Source: Octopus vulgaris (taxonomy: Eukaryota). Taken from it: 64,000 nt of DNA. Below, piece by piece: positions 1 to 15,659 of this stretch. A program made the position numbers and the translations under genes. The stretch lies in the NCBI GenBank assembly GCA_951406725.2, contig OX597823.1, forward strand, positions 28,520,001 to 28,584,000. Reading direction: 5' to 3'. Below the pieces are notes generated by a model. The model was given only the letters and a program-made list of their open reading frames with translations. It ran no database searches and was not told the DNA's origin. Position 1 is the first letter of the stretch. Each line of letters begins with the position of its first letter.

Positions 1-619
1 GGCATACATTTGAAAAAGAAGATGGCCTGTGGTTATATTCTATAACACGATTGATATAAGTGCAGTGAATGCTTTCATTGTTGCTAAACAACTTCACTTC
101 CAAAGTTTCAAGGATAAAAGAAAGCAGTGCCTAATTCAGTTAGGAAAGGAACTTGCTGGAGTTAATACTAAACAAGAACATGACAAACAATATTCTAGTT
201 CCGCTAACAATTCTCACTCAAACAAGAAAAGAAGACGATCTTCTAACTCATTTGAAATTCTTCAGCCAAAGAAAGAAGGAAGATGTTCTTTGTATGGCAC
301 AAAAAAGACAGAACTACATGTAAGAATTATAATATCCATGTTTGCCAAGAACATTCCAATGTTGTCTGTATTTACTGCTATGAAGAGCTGTAATTATATA
401 TCTTTGTAAACTTTTAAATTTATAATATATTCTGTAAGCTGTATTTTTTAATTAAAATTTGTGAGAACGAGTAAATCTTCATTCACTTGATAGCATATAT
501 AATGTAGCTAAGAAATGGTGGTAGTTTGAATAAAATTTAATTAAAAGAAAAAATATTGGGTCCATTGGACACAAGTGGTAATTAGCGAAATACATTTTCT
601 CTGGTAGACCAAAGGATAA
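1..619 (+). mobile_element. piggyBac transposon 3' remnant (transposase C-terminus pseudogene plus degenerate right end)
   Basis: Translation RRWPVVIFYNTIDISAVNAFIV matches the piggyBac C-terminal catalytic-domain motif. A frameshifted Cys-rich tail follows (RCSL..K / RTTCKNYNIHVCQEHSNVVCIYC). The end ...ccaaaggataa resembles a decayed AGGG-TTAA terminus. Confidence 0.8.
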
Positions 620-1851
620 AAACTGCATTAAACTTGAAAATTCTTGCCAGCATAATTTGCATGTTTAACGTAAGCTGAGGGCAGTAACTCAGCAATGCTA
701 ATTGGATGAATCTAGCAAATTAAGTAAAGTGCAAATGCCTGAGTAATGACTGCAAAAACAAAATATTCAAAAAAATTCTAAATTGAAATTTGCAAGTTAG
801 TTGGAGAAAGAAAACAAATATTTTAAATGTAATCCATTTTCAATCAGAGAAATCATTTCGAGGAAATGTAAAAATCAATTCCACAGAAAATTACATTGTG
901 ATGCATGGCAAACAGGCAAGAGAACAATAATTTGAAGGAGAATTCAGCTGTTAAATTCCTTGATGGTTCATTTATTGGATAATCTGATGAATCGATATAA
1001 ATGTTGCGGATAGGTGGATATATGTGTAACCGTATGTATTCAATAGGTAGAATACTTGTTAACACTAGGATGGTTCGCCTTGAGTGGGTATATGATAAAG
1101 GATATCAGCCATGACTGTCTCACGTTCATAAGAATATCATAATCCAATGTGTATTTTCTTTGCTAAGCCAATTGTGAATTCTCAAAGGAACATTTGGCTG
1201 CTATTTTAACAGACACAGCGACTATATATTTGCGATTACGTTTAGTTTTATGTGAATTACAATTCTTTATTTATCAGCAGAAAGGTGACTGCGCATCAAT
1301 GAAATCTGCTCTAACTCTTCGAAAATTTTAATTAATGGTAGGAAGCCAAAACTCTATGTAGAGAATAGAGAAATATTTCAAATTATTTGGCAAAATAAAG
1401 ATGTAAACGAAGAAGTAAATAACCAAATAAATTATGCATCATAAGGTATATCGAGAGTGGAAGGTCACCTGGAAATAAGAAACACATCTTGGATGAAATT
1501 AAAGAGAAAAATTATGGGAGCCTGTATTTGTAATATGTGTATGAGCGTGTGAGAGCATGTATATATTTAGCTAAGTAATAACTATCGGAAAAATAAATCA
1601 ACAGACGTTGATGTCAGGGATAAAATAAAATACACATTTGAAACGTGACAAATAAATAATGTTAAAACAACACTTGTGAAGTTTACGATGATGATCCTGA
1701 TGATGGGGTTGATGCGGAGAATGAGGGTGGGGAGTGACGAGTATAGAACATGACGGGATTATTAGCAACAACGTAACAACAATACTATCATTAAAATTGA
1801 CAACAACAACAATAAATATATGATAAAGTATGATCAAATTAATATTAATGA

Positions 1852-1928
<77 letters not shown>

Positions 1929-1973
1929 TTACTACTACTACTATTACTACTACTGCTAATACTACTACTACAG

Positions 1974-2022
<49 letters not shown>

Positions 2023-2025
2023 GAC

Positions 2026-2070
<45 letters not shown>
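1852..2070. repeat. Compound microsatellite (TAC)n-(TAA)n-gacca-(TTA)n
   Basis: Read directly; it explains the poly-T/N/I/L/S ORFs here. Confidence 0.95.
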
Positions 2071-3835
2071 CATTAATGTTATTATTGTTCTTTATTGTTA
2101 TTGTCATTTTCATAGTAATAATGAAACTGAGAACTTAATAAGAAAATCAATGTTATTGTTGCACTATTCCTTTCTTTCATTCTTTCTTTTGTTTCTCTAT
2201 AACTTCCAAACATGGCATGTAATTTCACTTTGGTTTCGTTCACACAAAGAGACACTCTGATGTGAATTAAATCAGATTCAATTTTCTGCTTCTTCTTTTT
2301 TCCTCTCATTGTCATTATGTAGGCGTCAGAAACAATTATCGTAATGAGAAGATGCGGGATTCCATTGTTGACCAGAAAACAAGCCTTTGAAGATCTCTTT
2401 TTGTCTTTTGCTTGCCAATATTCATGTTTATTTAATAACACTTAAAATCTTTTGAATTCTACATATATTCTGATTGTTGTTAATATTTAGCCCTACATTT
2501 AGGCAGAATCTTTAAAGCCTTTGATAGAGTTCCTCACAGTATTACTTCTGGCTCGTGACGTCCTGAGTTCAAATTCTGCCCTTCAATTCAGCGTGGCTGA
2601 TTGTATACAATATCAGTCAAATATTGGATTCCATTTAATCGACTGACCCCGTTCTGATAAAATTTGTCTTGTTCCTGAAATAGAAACAGTATGTAGCACT
2701 AGATCTGCTCTGATCAAGAAGAGCAATGATTAAAGATGATGCTGTTGATGGCTTACTACGGATTATTTTATCAACGTATCCTGTTGAAGATGGTAGGATA
2801 TGATTCCAAAGCAATTTGGACATACATTGACACACTACTTTTTTATTGTGGTGTGGCGTTGTTTTGTAATGGAGTTGCATCACGTTGCAGTTTTTCTCTG
2901 ATATATCAGTGCAGAGTAGTAGTTCTAAGGCGATGCAAAGTTATAATCTTGTCATGTTGTTGGCGTTATTATTTATATCACTCAGTCAGTGAACGATGTG
3001 CAATATATAAAAAAAGAATTTTCTCCTATGTATGGAGACTTTTGAATCACCCTGTATATGTATAGTCGTTTAGCTTTAGCCGTTATTAGCTTTTACCGCG
3101 GGTGAATAGTACTGACACTCCGTAAAGAAATTTGATACACTGCAACCCCGCCTTATGGTGAGTTGTAGACTGCCAGCTATTACTATTATTATTTTATTTC
3201 GGGGTAGTCCTTTTTTTTTGATAAAATACCAAATGCATTATATACTCGTTCTTCATTTCAGCTTTATTATCTTTCATATTTTAATGTCCTTTTTCCATTC
3301 TCAAAATGGACTAAAAAGGGTTCGCAGGTTGTGTGATCAATGATTTCAGACAAAGAACACTGAAATAAGATTTATAATGAAGCTGAAGTAACAGAACGAG
3401 TATAGAGTACGTGTGTTCATTTCTCAAAAACAAACATCCGGAAATATAACAATGTTTCAACACGCGATTTCACATCAAGAATCTTGCAGAACAAATATGC
3501 AAACTACTATTTTCAAAGAAAATTATCAAGGGAAATTATTTGCAAATATGCAACCCAAAAGGCTGCTGGGTTGCTACGAATTATTCTACACCGGAAATAT
3601 TAATATCTATTTATTTGCCACGAATTCATATAAGTACTTACAGTTAGCAGTAAGAGTTAAAACTATTAATCAGGGACTATTCAGAGAAAAGATATGTGTC
3701 TGTATGCACAAGTAAAATAACAGGAAAAGCAACACTGATCACACCAAGACGCATATCTGTAAGAGATGAAAACCTATAATAAATAAATGTATATAACCCA
3801 TTATATCTGTCTATTATACATACATATAAATATAC

Positions 3836-3867
<32 letters not shown>

Positions 3868-3897
3868 GCGTGTGCGTGTGTGTGTGTATGTGTGTGT

Positions 3898-4118
3898 AAG
3901 GCGGCGGGTTGGCAGAATCGTTAGCACACCGAAGGCGAGATGCTCAGCGGTATTTCGTCTGCCATTACGTTCTGAGTTCAAATTCCACCGAGGTCGACAT
4001 TGCCCTTTATCCTTTCAGAGTCGATGAAATAAGCACCAGTTACGCGCTGGGATCGATATAATCGACTAGCCACTACTTACCCCAAAATTTTCAAGACTTT
4101 GTGCCTAGAATAGAAATA

Positions 4119-4121
<3 letters not shown>
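3898..4121 (+). mobile_element. tRNA-derived SINE family A, tail type 2
   Basis: Head ggcggcg..tggcagaa (A-box-like), gagttcaaattcc (B-box), central gcctttcatcctttcggggtcgataaa..agtaccag-like domain, tail ccccaaaattt..ttgtgcctagaatagaa. Confidence 0.85.
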
Positions 4122-4166
<45 letters not shown>

Positions 4167-4303
4167 CACACCTGTAAGTTTATGGGTATTTTCGTTGTCT
4201 CTCTCTTAATCGTCCCACTCTCCCACTATCTCATTCTCTCTGTCTTTCTCTACCTATAAATGTGGGTCTATGAGCGTGTATGTGTGTGTGTGTGTGTGCG
4301 TGT

Positions 4304-4372
<69 letters not shown>

Positions 4373-5764
4373 TGTATAAATACGTTTCCTTTTCAGTAGC
4401 TTGAAACCTTGACGTACATTGAACAGCAAAGAAACCACAATATTTTTTATAGAATCGAGCCACAATGTACTTTAGCGCAATATCAAGAGATCGCCTTCAG
4501 CTTCAACTCAAACAACAACGCAACCAATCCGAAAATTGCTTTTCTATCATTATGTATGCAAGACATGAATCCCTTCTCTATTTTATTACCAGACGCCATT
4601 TCGTTGTAGTTATTCTGAGTTCCAGATTTGATTACAAAATTACTCTGACATTACAAATAAGCGTTTTCCAAAAGGTTTCCCGTCCACAGACGATGGTGAC
4701 TGCTCATACATACATGATGTCGCATGTTGTATTACCTTTAATCTTAACAAATTAACTGATTTGTAGTTTTTTTTTGTTGCTTTTTGTTTTTTCGTTTTAC
4801 CCGAAGTAAAAAAGAAACAAAAGCCGGTGATGTTCAATAATGAGAATGAAAACAAGCATTGGATGATATAAACAATATATTAACGACAGGAATGAATTAA
4901 AAACCGTCCTGAAACGTGCCATATGCGATGCAAGGGTGTTTGCGAATGTCTGAGAGTACAAATAATTTTTAACTCTTGATCGGAGTGCATTCCCCGTGGC
5001 ATTGTATTTTAACTTTATTCTATCACACGATAAATACCGGTTCGTTAAATTTCAGTGTGTCAAGTATTATTCCCGTGTGTAAATAGTGTATTTTCACTGT
5101 AATTTTGTGTAAAAAAGATAAAGAAGAGCAATAAATATTTCTCTCTCTAGATAAAAAAAATTACACGATTACAAACAGATATACAAACAAGTACACATGC
5201 ATATATATACATATATATGTATATACAGTATGTTTTATACATGTATGTGTGTGTGTACGTATGCCTTTGTGTATATCAAAGTATTTACACTCAGAAAGAG
5301 TGTTTCACACACACAGACACTCGCATAGGCATATTTTACAAACTTGATTGTCGGTTAGATATGTGCTAATGAATCACATGCATAAAAAAACAAGTATTGT
5401 ATTATGTGTGTATAAGAGTGAGCTGTTTCCATGCCGGACATATGCTTAGAAGTATTTGGTCCGGGATAACAAAGTGAGTTCACATTCCACCGATATCAAC
5501 TTTGCCTTTCATCTTTTCGGTGCCGATAAAATACGAACATTGGGGTCAATGTTATCGACATTGAAAAACTCTTCTAGTTTGCTATTGACACATTATCTGT
5601 GCCCTATCAATATTTGCAAAGGGAAGTTCTCGTTCCCATCTCCAGTCTGACTTGATACACACGGACGCGAGCCAGCTGGAGGAGATATCTTCCTAGGGCT
5701 ACAAGCTATAGTAGCATCGACATTTAGGTGGCAAATATACTTCACAATATATATTTGTTTTTTT

Positions 5765-5979
5765 TATTCTTTTACTTGCTTCAGCCTTTTGACTACGGCC
5801 ACTTTTATCCGAAGAAATCCATCCCAGGGCATATTCTTAGTAAGCCTAGTATCTATTATATCGGTCTCTATTGCCGAACCGCTAAGTTACAAGGGAGTAA
5901 CCACACCATCATCGGTTGTCAAGCGATGATGGGGACAAATAGAGTCACACAAAGATACACACACACACACACACATACT

Positions 5980-6043
<64 letters not shown>

Positions 6044-6180
6044 CGACGGGCTTCTTTCAGTTTCCGTGCACCAAATCCACTCGCAAGGTTTTGGTTGGCT
6101 CGAGGCTATAGAAGAAGACACTTGCCCAAGGTCCCACTGAGTGGGACTGAATCTGGAACTATATGGTTAGGAAGCAAGCT
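5765..6180 (-). mobile_element. SINE family B (CORE-like, internal CA/TA microsatellite), head-truncated
   Basis: Colinear with the copies at 39780, 51269 and 61463 (ccttgggcaagtgtcttct; tggatttggt..acggaaactgaaagaagcccgtcgt). Confidence 0.85.
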
Positions 6181-6410
6181 TATTATTTCTTTTCTGCCCA
6201 CAAGGGACTACACAGAGGGGACAAACAAACGGATTAAGTCGATTATATCGACCCCTGTGCGTAACTGGCACTTATTTCATCAACCCCGAAAGGACGAAAA
6301 GCAAAGTCGACTGCGGCGGAATTTGAACTCAGAACGTATCGGCAGACGAAATACCTATTTCTTTACTACCCATAAGTGGCTAAACACAGAGAGGACAAAC
6401 AAGGACACAC
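6181..6410 (-). mobile_element. SINE family A, partial dimer
   Basis: Tail-1 joined to a head-truncated unit at aaagaaata|ggtatttcgtc. Confidence 0.8.
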
Positions 6411-7429
6411 ACACACACACACACACGTATACATATACACATACGCACAAACAATTATGCATCTATAGATGTGCTTGAAGTTTCTATGTATGTGTGTATA
6501 TAGATATGTATTTATGCATGTATATGTGAGGATAGAAGTATACGTGGTGTATGTGAATATCTGCTTGTATAAGGCCATTTCAGGTTATTTCTCCTATTAT
6601 CTCTGTGGCAACTTTCCAGAACACACAGACGCATAGACATACATGCGGGTCTCTCTCTCTCTCTCTTTGACTCTGGCTTTCTCACCCCAGCCCTCTTTCT
6701 ATCTCTTTCATTCTCAATATGATCTTCTTCTTTCCTTCTCTATGTATATATGTCTGAATCGCATCTTCTGCCTCAGTAACTAACCTCGTTATGTTTAAAC
6801 TTGTTCAATTATTATCACGAAGTACTCAATAACCAATTGATTTAATTATGTATGTGCGTGTGTGTGTATGTGTGTATGGATATATATGTACATATATTTA
6901 TAATACACACACACACATGCTTACAAATATATTTGTTCAAGCAAACAGAAACTTAAGAATAATGAATATGAATTACAAATTTTATGCTAATTATATTCAT
7001 ATCACATACCATGACTGCTAAGTATATTTCGCATAAAATATTTAAACATGATGTATTATCAAAAAAGTTATGAAATCATATTCTTTGCATTTTATCTATT
7101 GGTAACCACTAAGGACTGCAATTTTGTTCACCCGTCAATTTTTCTCTCCCCCCCCTCGTTCGCTCTCTCCATCCACCTCTCTATCTTTTCCTCTCTCTCC
7201 CACACACCCCAACACCACCGCACCACACCACACCGCACATCACCACACCACACTACACACCACCATCCCGCACACGCTAGCACTGACCACTTCCCAGCAC
7301 CCACACCATCATCCACACACCTACACATGCACACACGCACACATAAATGCCACCAGCCCCCAGCCACACGCACATATACGCTCTCGCATACACACGCACG
7401 CACACCTTCGTTTTGGGATCGACTTTCGG

Positions 7430-7530
7430 CATGATAGATCACTAGCCACTAAACCTTTTCTATTTTCTCTCCCTTTTTATTTCTGTGTTCTTTTCTGTTG
7501 AAGAGCGTAGGATCGAAACGTAAAAGACGT
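7430..7530 (+). ncRNA. Penelope-like short element with variant minimal hammerhead (family H2, core CUGUUGA)
   Basis: 7490-7527 reads ctttt CTGTTGA a gagc gtag gatc GAAA CG TA aaaga, followed by (TA)n-type repeats. Confidence 0.7.
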
Positions 7531-7548
7531 ATATATACATACATATAT

Positions 7549-7628
<80 letters not shown>

Positions 7629-8489
7629 TTTTAATGTATTTAATATATTTGATGGATCTAATTTCTTTATCCGCATAATTGCCTATATATGTGTGTGTGT
7701 GTCTGTCTGTTTCAACATGAAATGGCTGCTACAGCCAGCAGTTTCTTGGGTTTCTGTAAGATGTAGATGAGGGTGGTGAATGTGCTATTGTATTTACCCA
7801 AATTCTAATTAATCGCTCAAGTGTGCCAGTGTGTTTTTGTCTGTCCGTCTCTTACAAAAGTGTCTTATCTTTTTATGACTTTCTATTATGATAATATTTT
7901 TATAAAAGCAAGAAAAGTACCAGCCCAGTGTTTACTTATCAAAGAATTTTTTCTTTTTTTTATTATTCATATATACTTGTTTTATGCGTGATTAACTACA
8001 CATAGAGTCATTACTTATATATAAAAAAAAAAGGTCTGTATCCATTATGTATCTAAGCAGCAAAAACCGGCATGCGACCAGCTTCAGGCAAGTAACGGAA
8101 TGCATCATAATCGAGTTTATTGAGCGCACATATTTTTGAAAAATCACCTGACAAGACACATATGTACCAAAGGATGGACCACAACCAGTCGTCCAGAATC
8201 TCACGCGTAAGAGATGCGCAATGGTAATTAATAATGGTAATTAATAAATAATCAGGTGAAGTCCATCTTCACTGTCACTGGTTTGTTACAAACACACACA
8301 CATACACATACATACATACACACGTACATGCACACATATATACACACATACACACCCACATACATACACACGCACATAAATACACCCCCATACACACACG
8401 AACGCACACACATACATATACACTCACATACACATACGCACGCGCATACCCCACCACCACCACCACCACCACCATCACACATGTGATTT

Positions 8490-8696
8490 TTTACTTGTTT
8501 CAGTTATTTTAGTCACTGAACAGCGACCATGATGGGGCTAACCCTGAAGAAGCTTAGTCGACCGAATCAACTCCAGAACTTTTGATTGTAAGTCTGGTAT
8601 ACATTCTATCGGACCCTTTTGCCGAACCGTTAGCTTACCGAGAACTTAAACGCAACAATACCAGTTGTGAAACGGTAATGGAGGACAGAGACTGAA

Positions 8697-8700
<4 letters not shown>
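8490..8700 (-). mobile_element. SINE family B 3' half, degenerate
   Basis: Contains ttttacttgtttcag and ttgccgaaccg.tag, shared with other family B copies. Confidence 0.7.
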
Positions 8701-8731
<31 letters not shown>

Positions 8732-8975
8732 CATATATATATATGAATCTGACGAAATCAGGCGAAGTGTATGCTTGTATATACATACAAACATACATAA
8801 ATACACACATACATACTCATACACATTCATTTGGCTTACTTTTCTCAGACTGACCAAAGCTAGCAAAAAGTCGCTGTGAAACTCTTCCATTTTATACATA
8901 TACATTTATACGTATGCATATATGTATATATATGCATATATGTACATATATATATATGTGTGTGTGTGTGTGTGT

Positions 8976-9010
<35 letters not shown>

Positions 9011-9056
9011 TGTATGAATACAAAAATATACTTATGTATATGTAATACATAAATAA

Positions 9057-9576
<520 letters not shown>

Positions 9577-9654
9577 ATTTATATGTATATATATATATAT
9601 GCGTGTGAGTGTGTGTGTGTATTTATATATAGATATGTATGTATGTACATATAT

Positions 9655-9707
<53 letters not shown>

Positions 9708-10751
9708 AGATAGATAAATTAATATACATAAATAGATATAGATATATATATATACATAAACGTTGAACAATTTGAATGAGTGCTCAACATTACATTGGTG
9801 GATAAAAATGTATTTACATATATATGTATATTTATGTACGCGTATGCAGTATGAGGATGAGGAAGAGAGGGAGAGGGAGAGTGAAAGAGAGAGAGAAGGG
9901 GCGTGAAAGAGAGAATAAGAGAGAGTGTGACAGAGAGAGGATATTTGTAGAAAGAAAATTACGTATACATAAATTCAAAACTTGTGTTAGTGGTTGTATT
10001 GTAAAAGAGAGAAAAAAGAAAGAAGCATAACAAGCAGAGATAGATAGATAGATAGATATATAGAGAGAGAGATAGAGAAAGGGAGAGAGAGAGACGCTGA
10101 AGCGAAAGACAGTGTTTTTGTGTGAGAATTTAAACAATAATGAATACGTTGGTTTATAAATGAGTAACAGTTACATATGCAGTGTTATTGTTATTAATCT
10201 GAACACGAATGTGACTTGGAAAATATTGACAGGAAACATTATTTAACATTTTAGATTCTAGAATTTGACAGAAAATAAAATTTTCATAACAACATTTAAC
10301 TAAACTCTTTAGTATTTTAATATCCACAATAATAACTAAAGAACGACTGCCTCCAGCACAGATAAATAATACTACCATATTGATAAATCGCACCTAGAAT
10401 GCTGCGAAATACAAAGTCGATGTCGCTAGATTTTTGCAGGCCAGCAAACAATTCATCGCTTTATTTGTGACAATGGATTTTGACGAAGGCTATAAGGACA
10501 ACAATTTTGAGCAGAGATTAGTCGATGGTAGTATTTGACCAGTGTTTTTTGTTTGTGGATCTGGAAAGGATGAAAGGTAAAGTTGGCCTCGTTGAGAGGT
10601 GAAATCAGAATGGAAAAAGCTAGGAAAATGTTGTAAAGAATAATTTCGCCATTGCTCAAACGATTCTGATAGGTTAGTGCCTTTCCAATCTACAAAACTG
10701 ATAATAATATTGATACTACTGATGGTAGTGGTGGTGGTGGCAGTAGGAGTG

Positions 10752-10814
<63 letters not shown>

Positions 10815-11470
10815 AGATAAGGAATAGGAGGAGAAGCGAAAACAGTATGTTAGCCAGTTAGTGAGTAAGTGAAAAATATTTACCATTTTGAAAGAATTTC
10901 TCACCTTTTTGGGTCATTAGCAATCCAGCAGATCACGTGATGTTCAAGAAAAACGCTTACTAATGGCACAATCTTTTTCAACACTTAATTAAATAAAATC
11001 GAAAATAAAGGAAAGAAAATACTGAACATTATGCAGAATAGAAATATAAGTAACAGTTCATTCCTACAAAAAAGAAAATAACTCAAAAATTGAAATGATG
11101 AAAAAAGAAAAAGAATTGTAAAATTTAAGAAAAGAAAGAACATGGACAAAAACGCAACCTTACCTACAATTTTAAAATGGCGAAATACGCATTAAAATGG
11201 AATTGTAAGATAATGAGGGGTGTTTGTTGATCGGTTGGATTCCTTCCCGCTTATTTTGTATCGGCGATGCAGTATGAGCATTAAGCAATGTATCGTCTAA
11301 AGATGTGTTATTATTATTATATGCTGGACAATACTACGAACATATTGATACTCCGGCATATAGAAAATATAAAACGCAATAGAAACACAGTGCTATTGCC
11401 TTTGTCATCATTGGTTGCTTGGTTACGTTTTAAATTGTAAATCTTGAAGTGTCAGAAACAATTCCTGATA

Positions 11471-11702
11471 CCTATTTCTTTATTACCCACAAGGGGCTAA
11501 ACACAGAGGGGACAAACAAGGACAGACATAGGTATTAATTCGATTACATCGACCCCAGTGCGTAACTGGTACTTAATTTATCGACCCCGAAAGGATGAAA
11601 GGCAAAGTCGACCTCGGCGGAATTTGAACTCACAACGTAACGCAGACGAAATACCGCTAAGCATTTCGCCCGGCGTGCTAACGTTTCTGCCAGCTCGCCG
11701 CC
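11471..11702 (-). mobile_element. SINE family A, full length, tail type 1, with TSD
   Basis: Complete head, body and tail, flanked by the direct repeat aattcctgatacc. Confidence 0.9.
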
Positions 11703-13554
11703 GAAATTCCTGATACCGTGGTTAATGTACCTCATTGAACTTTTTGCCTGCTGGTAAGACAGTGCCTGTGGCACTTTGCAAGGCGTCTCAGACAGATAGG
11801 TTCGGGGGGAATAAGGAATCCTGAAATTGGAGACCTGATCTGAAGGCTGATAACTGAGTAGGCTCCGCTAAAGTCACCTAGTGTCACAGGTGGTAGCGTT
11901 TAGTGTTACACTTGGCAGCGGATTAAATCTGCAACCCAAATAGGGCGAGACAGGATTTGAACTTTGTGTGCAAAGAACCATGAAACTAGGAAAAAACATC
12001 CTATTCTACGTTTTACATTTCCACTAATCCATCATATTGGATTGCCATTTCTTTATTAACCCTGCAGTTAGCTTTGTTAACTTTGGCGGGATTTGAACTG
12101 GGTTTGCTCGATCTCGGAAGTCATGTTGCAAGGCATCCTCTTTAATGCTTTTCAATTTTATAAATCAACTATCGCTTAAAATGACTACCTGTATTCGTAT
12201 ATAAGTTATTTGGACCCCGTGTACACATCTCAGCAGTATTCAGCTCTCAACTGAACAGAACAAACTACGAGGCTATGAGTTAGACTAAAAGCGAATTCTG
12301 AATTACAGTAAACGAAGTATAATAGAAACAACTGAAACACATAATTACATAGCAACATAGTTTCTGTAGGATATTGGTGAATATAATTATTACTATCGCT
12401 GGCAAGTTGTCAGTAACTACTAGAAACATTTATTGGCGGCTATAATGGTTAATATTGCTGTTTGTTTTTGTTGGTTAACCCCTAAGACCACTCTAACGCA
12501 AACAGCTTCATTATCATTCAGTCATATTTTCTGTCATCAAGTATCGATGACTATATTATTCAATATGTCCTTTAAACAGTTTCGTCACGTGGTATCATTA
12601 CTTGATCTCACACGAACATATGATTGGAGGAAGATTTGTCCGGTATTTCTGTCAAATGGAACGATCGCATAAGAGTACCGATTCGGTGTGAAAGATTATA
12701 ATATTCACTATTTCACTAATCCGTTAGCATTAAAATTTAGGTAAATATTTCTCCGATTTATATAAATGGATAAGAATGAACTATACAAAGAATGGAACAA
12801 AGCTGTTTTGTAGGTCGTACTTTAACAGAGTTGAAAGGTCCTGAAATTTAGTTAAATAAGAAAATGACAGATTGACCTGATTGACTTTGCCAGAGTTATA
12901 TTACGGGTATAAGTAGACTGGCTGCCATCAAGAATGGAAACTCTTCCTGGTAAATACCATAGCCTTATTGTACTATGTGATTTTAATTATGAATACGAAG
13001 TAGTCGGTGTCTATCACAAAGAGGTTGTTGATCAACTGCTTCAGTCAAATTTCAAAATATTAAATTCCACACTGATCAACTTTACATTTCATCCTTCTAT
13101 GTTTAACAGAATAATGTATCCGTCAAGTCTGTGTCTATCTAACGAATCAATAATAATGATTTCATACATTGACCCACGGGCACGCTTCCTTTGATCAGAG
13201 AGGAAAATGAGTGGATCGATCTAATATCTGTCATTGTCTTACTTTTATTTGTTTCAGTCGTTGGACCGCAGCCATGCTGGAGCTTCATTGAAGGGGTTTG
13301 TCAAACAAATGGACCCTTTTTTAAAAGTCTAGTACTTTTAAAAAGCTCTTTTGAGCTTTTAACTACACAGCTAGTAATTTGGCCTCGAGGAATTGCAACT
13401 AAAGTTATCGTCAGTGAGGTTCGAACTAACACGCTCAATTGGCGTAGGAAACGTGTTTATACAAGAACTCCTCCACTTTGGTAATGCAAAATTCTTCTCC
13501 ATAAACAGTAGAGAACTCATAACAAAAGTAAAAAAAAATAATAAAGAAAGTCTT

Positions 13555-13760
13555 GTGAGCTGCCTGGTGATTTCAGTGGTGCTGGTATCACGAAGGGAGC
13601 ACCCGATACACTCTCTATGGACAACATTAGGAAGCAATTCTACCGTAGAAGCCATACCAAAGCAAACAGGAGAACGATGCAATTCTCGGACCCGTCGGCT
13701 TCTGTCAAAACGTTCAACCCCTGCCTACATGAAACATGGATTTTAAAAAATGATGAGGAG
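13555..13760 (+). mobile_element. Degenerate SINE 3' part (V-domain/RTE-tail type)
   Basis: ggtgctgg..cacg..agcaccc..tacactctc...ttaggaag.ca.tc...gtagaa...caaccc.tgc..catg..a.tgga..ttaaa..tgatga resembles RTE-mobilised SINE tails. Recognised from memory; heavily diverged. Confidence 0.5.
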
Positions 13761-15659
13761 AAGGAGAGGGAAGTTACTCATCTCATGTTAGACTTGACAA
13801 TAGTTTGCTTTGTTCCATTTATGGAATGCATCCAAGCTGATCCTATCGGTTCTGATTCCTCTTCAAGATAATGGCCTTGACATTAACTCACATCTGCTGA
13901 CGGATAATAAGAAAAGTAAAAAAAAAAATATATTCGGTTGGGAACCGAAAGCTAAATCCCCGTTTTAACAGATCATAAACACTTGTAGACACTCACGTGC
14001 ACATAAAATAGAAAAGTGCAAAGTAACTGCATAGAATATCCACAATATGAAAGTAGACAACAGAAGAGATAGATAGCTGCGTTGTGTTATTTATTCTATA
14101 TATATATATTTCCTGGAAAATGTATGTCATTAAAAGTTGTCTACGAAAAATGAAAAAAAAAATTGAGAGAAAACAATCAAGCTATTTTCTCATTCGATAT
14201 ATTTCTCTTTATTGCTAATATTTTCTTTCATTTCTAGTTATTTCGAAAAATTATTTTATCGATCTATAAAATATATCTTTATGAAAAAAATAAAGAAATC
14301 AGCAAAATAATATCGTTTTGGTAGAAAAATGTCTGACAGTATATAGACACATTCTTAGTTTTGGTTTTCTGTGAGACAGAGCAAATACGTGTATCTTTAT
14401 GCAAGAAATAGTAGTTAAACCCCCTCACAACATCCGGCTGTCTTTAAAAGATGGGAAGATATACTGAATAATATAGTCTTAGATGCACTGCGATCGAAGG
14501 AACGATTCGTTGCTGACAGTTAAACTATCTTTGATCAAACGTCTCCTCTACAAGTTCTTTTAAGAATATGAGGTGTGCGAGCAACGACAAACCGCTCCTT
14601 GTATATCAGTCTCTGAAGTTGTTACTGGCTTAGCACATGGTTGCGACATCTCGAAAAAACTACGTTCCTCATAAGATTGGATTTAATAGAAGATGCATTT
14701 TCCGATCAAAGGAACCTCTACCCTTCATAAGAAGGGAATGTGACCTGTTATCAGATAATTACCAGGATGATGAACAGTGGTCGGATACAAATATATCGCC
14801 TAAATGATGTCGGCATTAGCTAATCTTTTCTGATCTTTGAGCCATAATTTTCACTAAATCTAATAAAGTTTGCCATTCTGACCGTCGCTTTACTCAAACT
14901 CCTATTTACACTCAGATCCATAATCTGTACTAAACCAAATTACAGGAGGGATAACGTTGAAGGACGACTAGCTTAAGTCCCATAAACTTGCCTATACTCT
15001 TATTAAAATCTAATGTCTGTACAGATATCCTCGATCTCCAGTGGACCCGGAATCATGACAGTGAAGTTGTCCTAGTACGCCAACAAAAGAAAACAAACCG
15101 CTCCTCTGTGTGCCATCTCCACTAGGCTGTTCCTCAGTTTAACCAATTTACACAGAAATTGCTAATTGTAGAGATATGCATATGCCATGAGAGAAAGAAT
15201 CCTTTACAGACGAACTGGGTATCCCAAATAGTTCCATAGTTCCATGATGTAGCCTTTATTCTGATCATCAAACAAATAAAGCAGTAGGATCTAGTAATAA
15301 GATCCAGGATCGACGGACGCCAGACTCGTTTAGGCAGCCGTCATCTTGCAATAGGTAACGATATCAAAAACTATTCTTAAAGACAGATCACAACGTATTA
15401 TTCATTACATAAGGGTCAAGTTGATCTCAGTAGATGCCAGAATCCCAGTTTCCAGAGACTCTATCGACATTAACAAGGACAGCACGCAACGCTTTTTTAA
15501 TTCTACATTTAGCATAGTTGATTCTGAGACGAACATGAGGATGAGGATGATAATGATGATGATGAGGTTGATGACGATGGCGGCGAGGACGAGGATGATG
15601 ACGGCGACGATGATGATAAATTGCAATATAGTAAGATCAAACCAGAGAGCTGAAGAAAC

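Noticed and set aside
2200-2450. Possible R4-type LINE remnant on the minus strand
   Set aside because: Similarity is too faint to support by eye.
3037-3056. Mariner-type TIR (gacttttgaatcaccctgta)
   Set aside because: No partner TIR or transposase sequence found nearby.
7495-7510. Alternative parse of the H2 core as (T)TGAAGA, a shifted CUGAAGA
   Set aside because: That register breaks stems I and II and puts the variable base at invariant U4; the CUGUNGA parse fits all copies.
8146-8220. Possible minus-strand exon ending CAG|GTGATT
   Set aside because: No acceptor site and no recognisable protein similarity.
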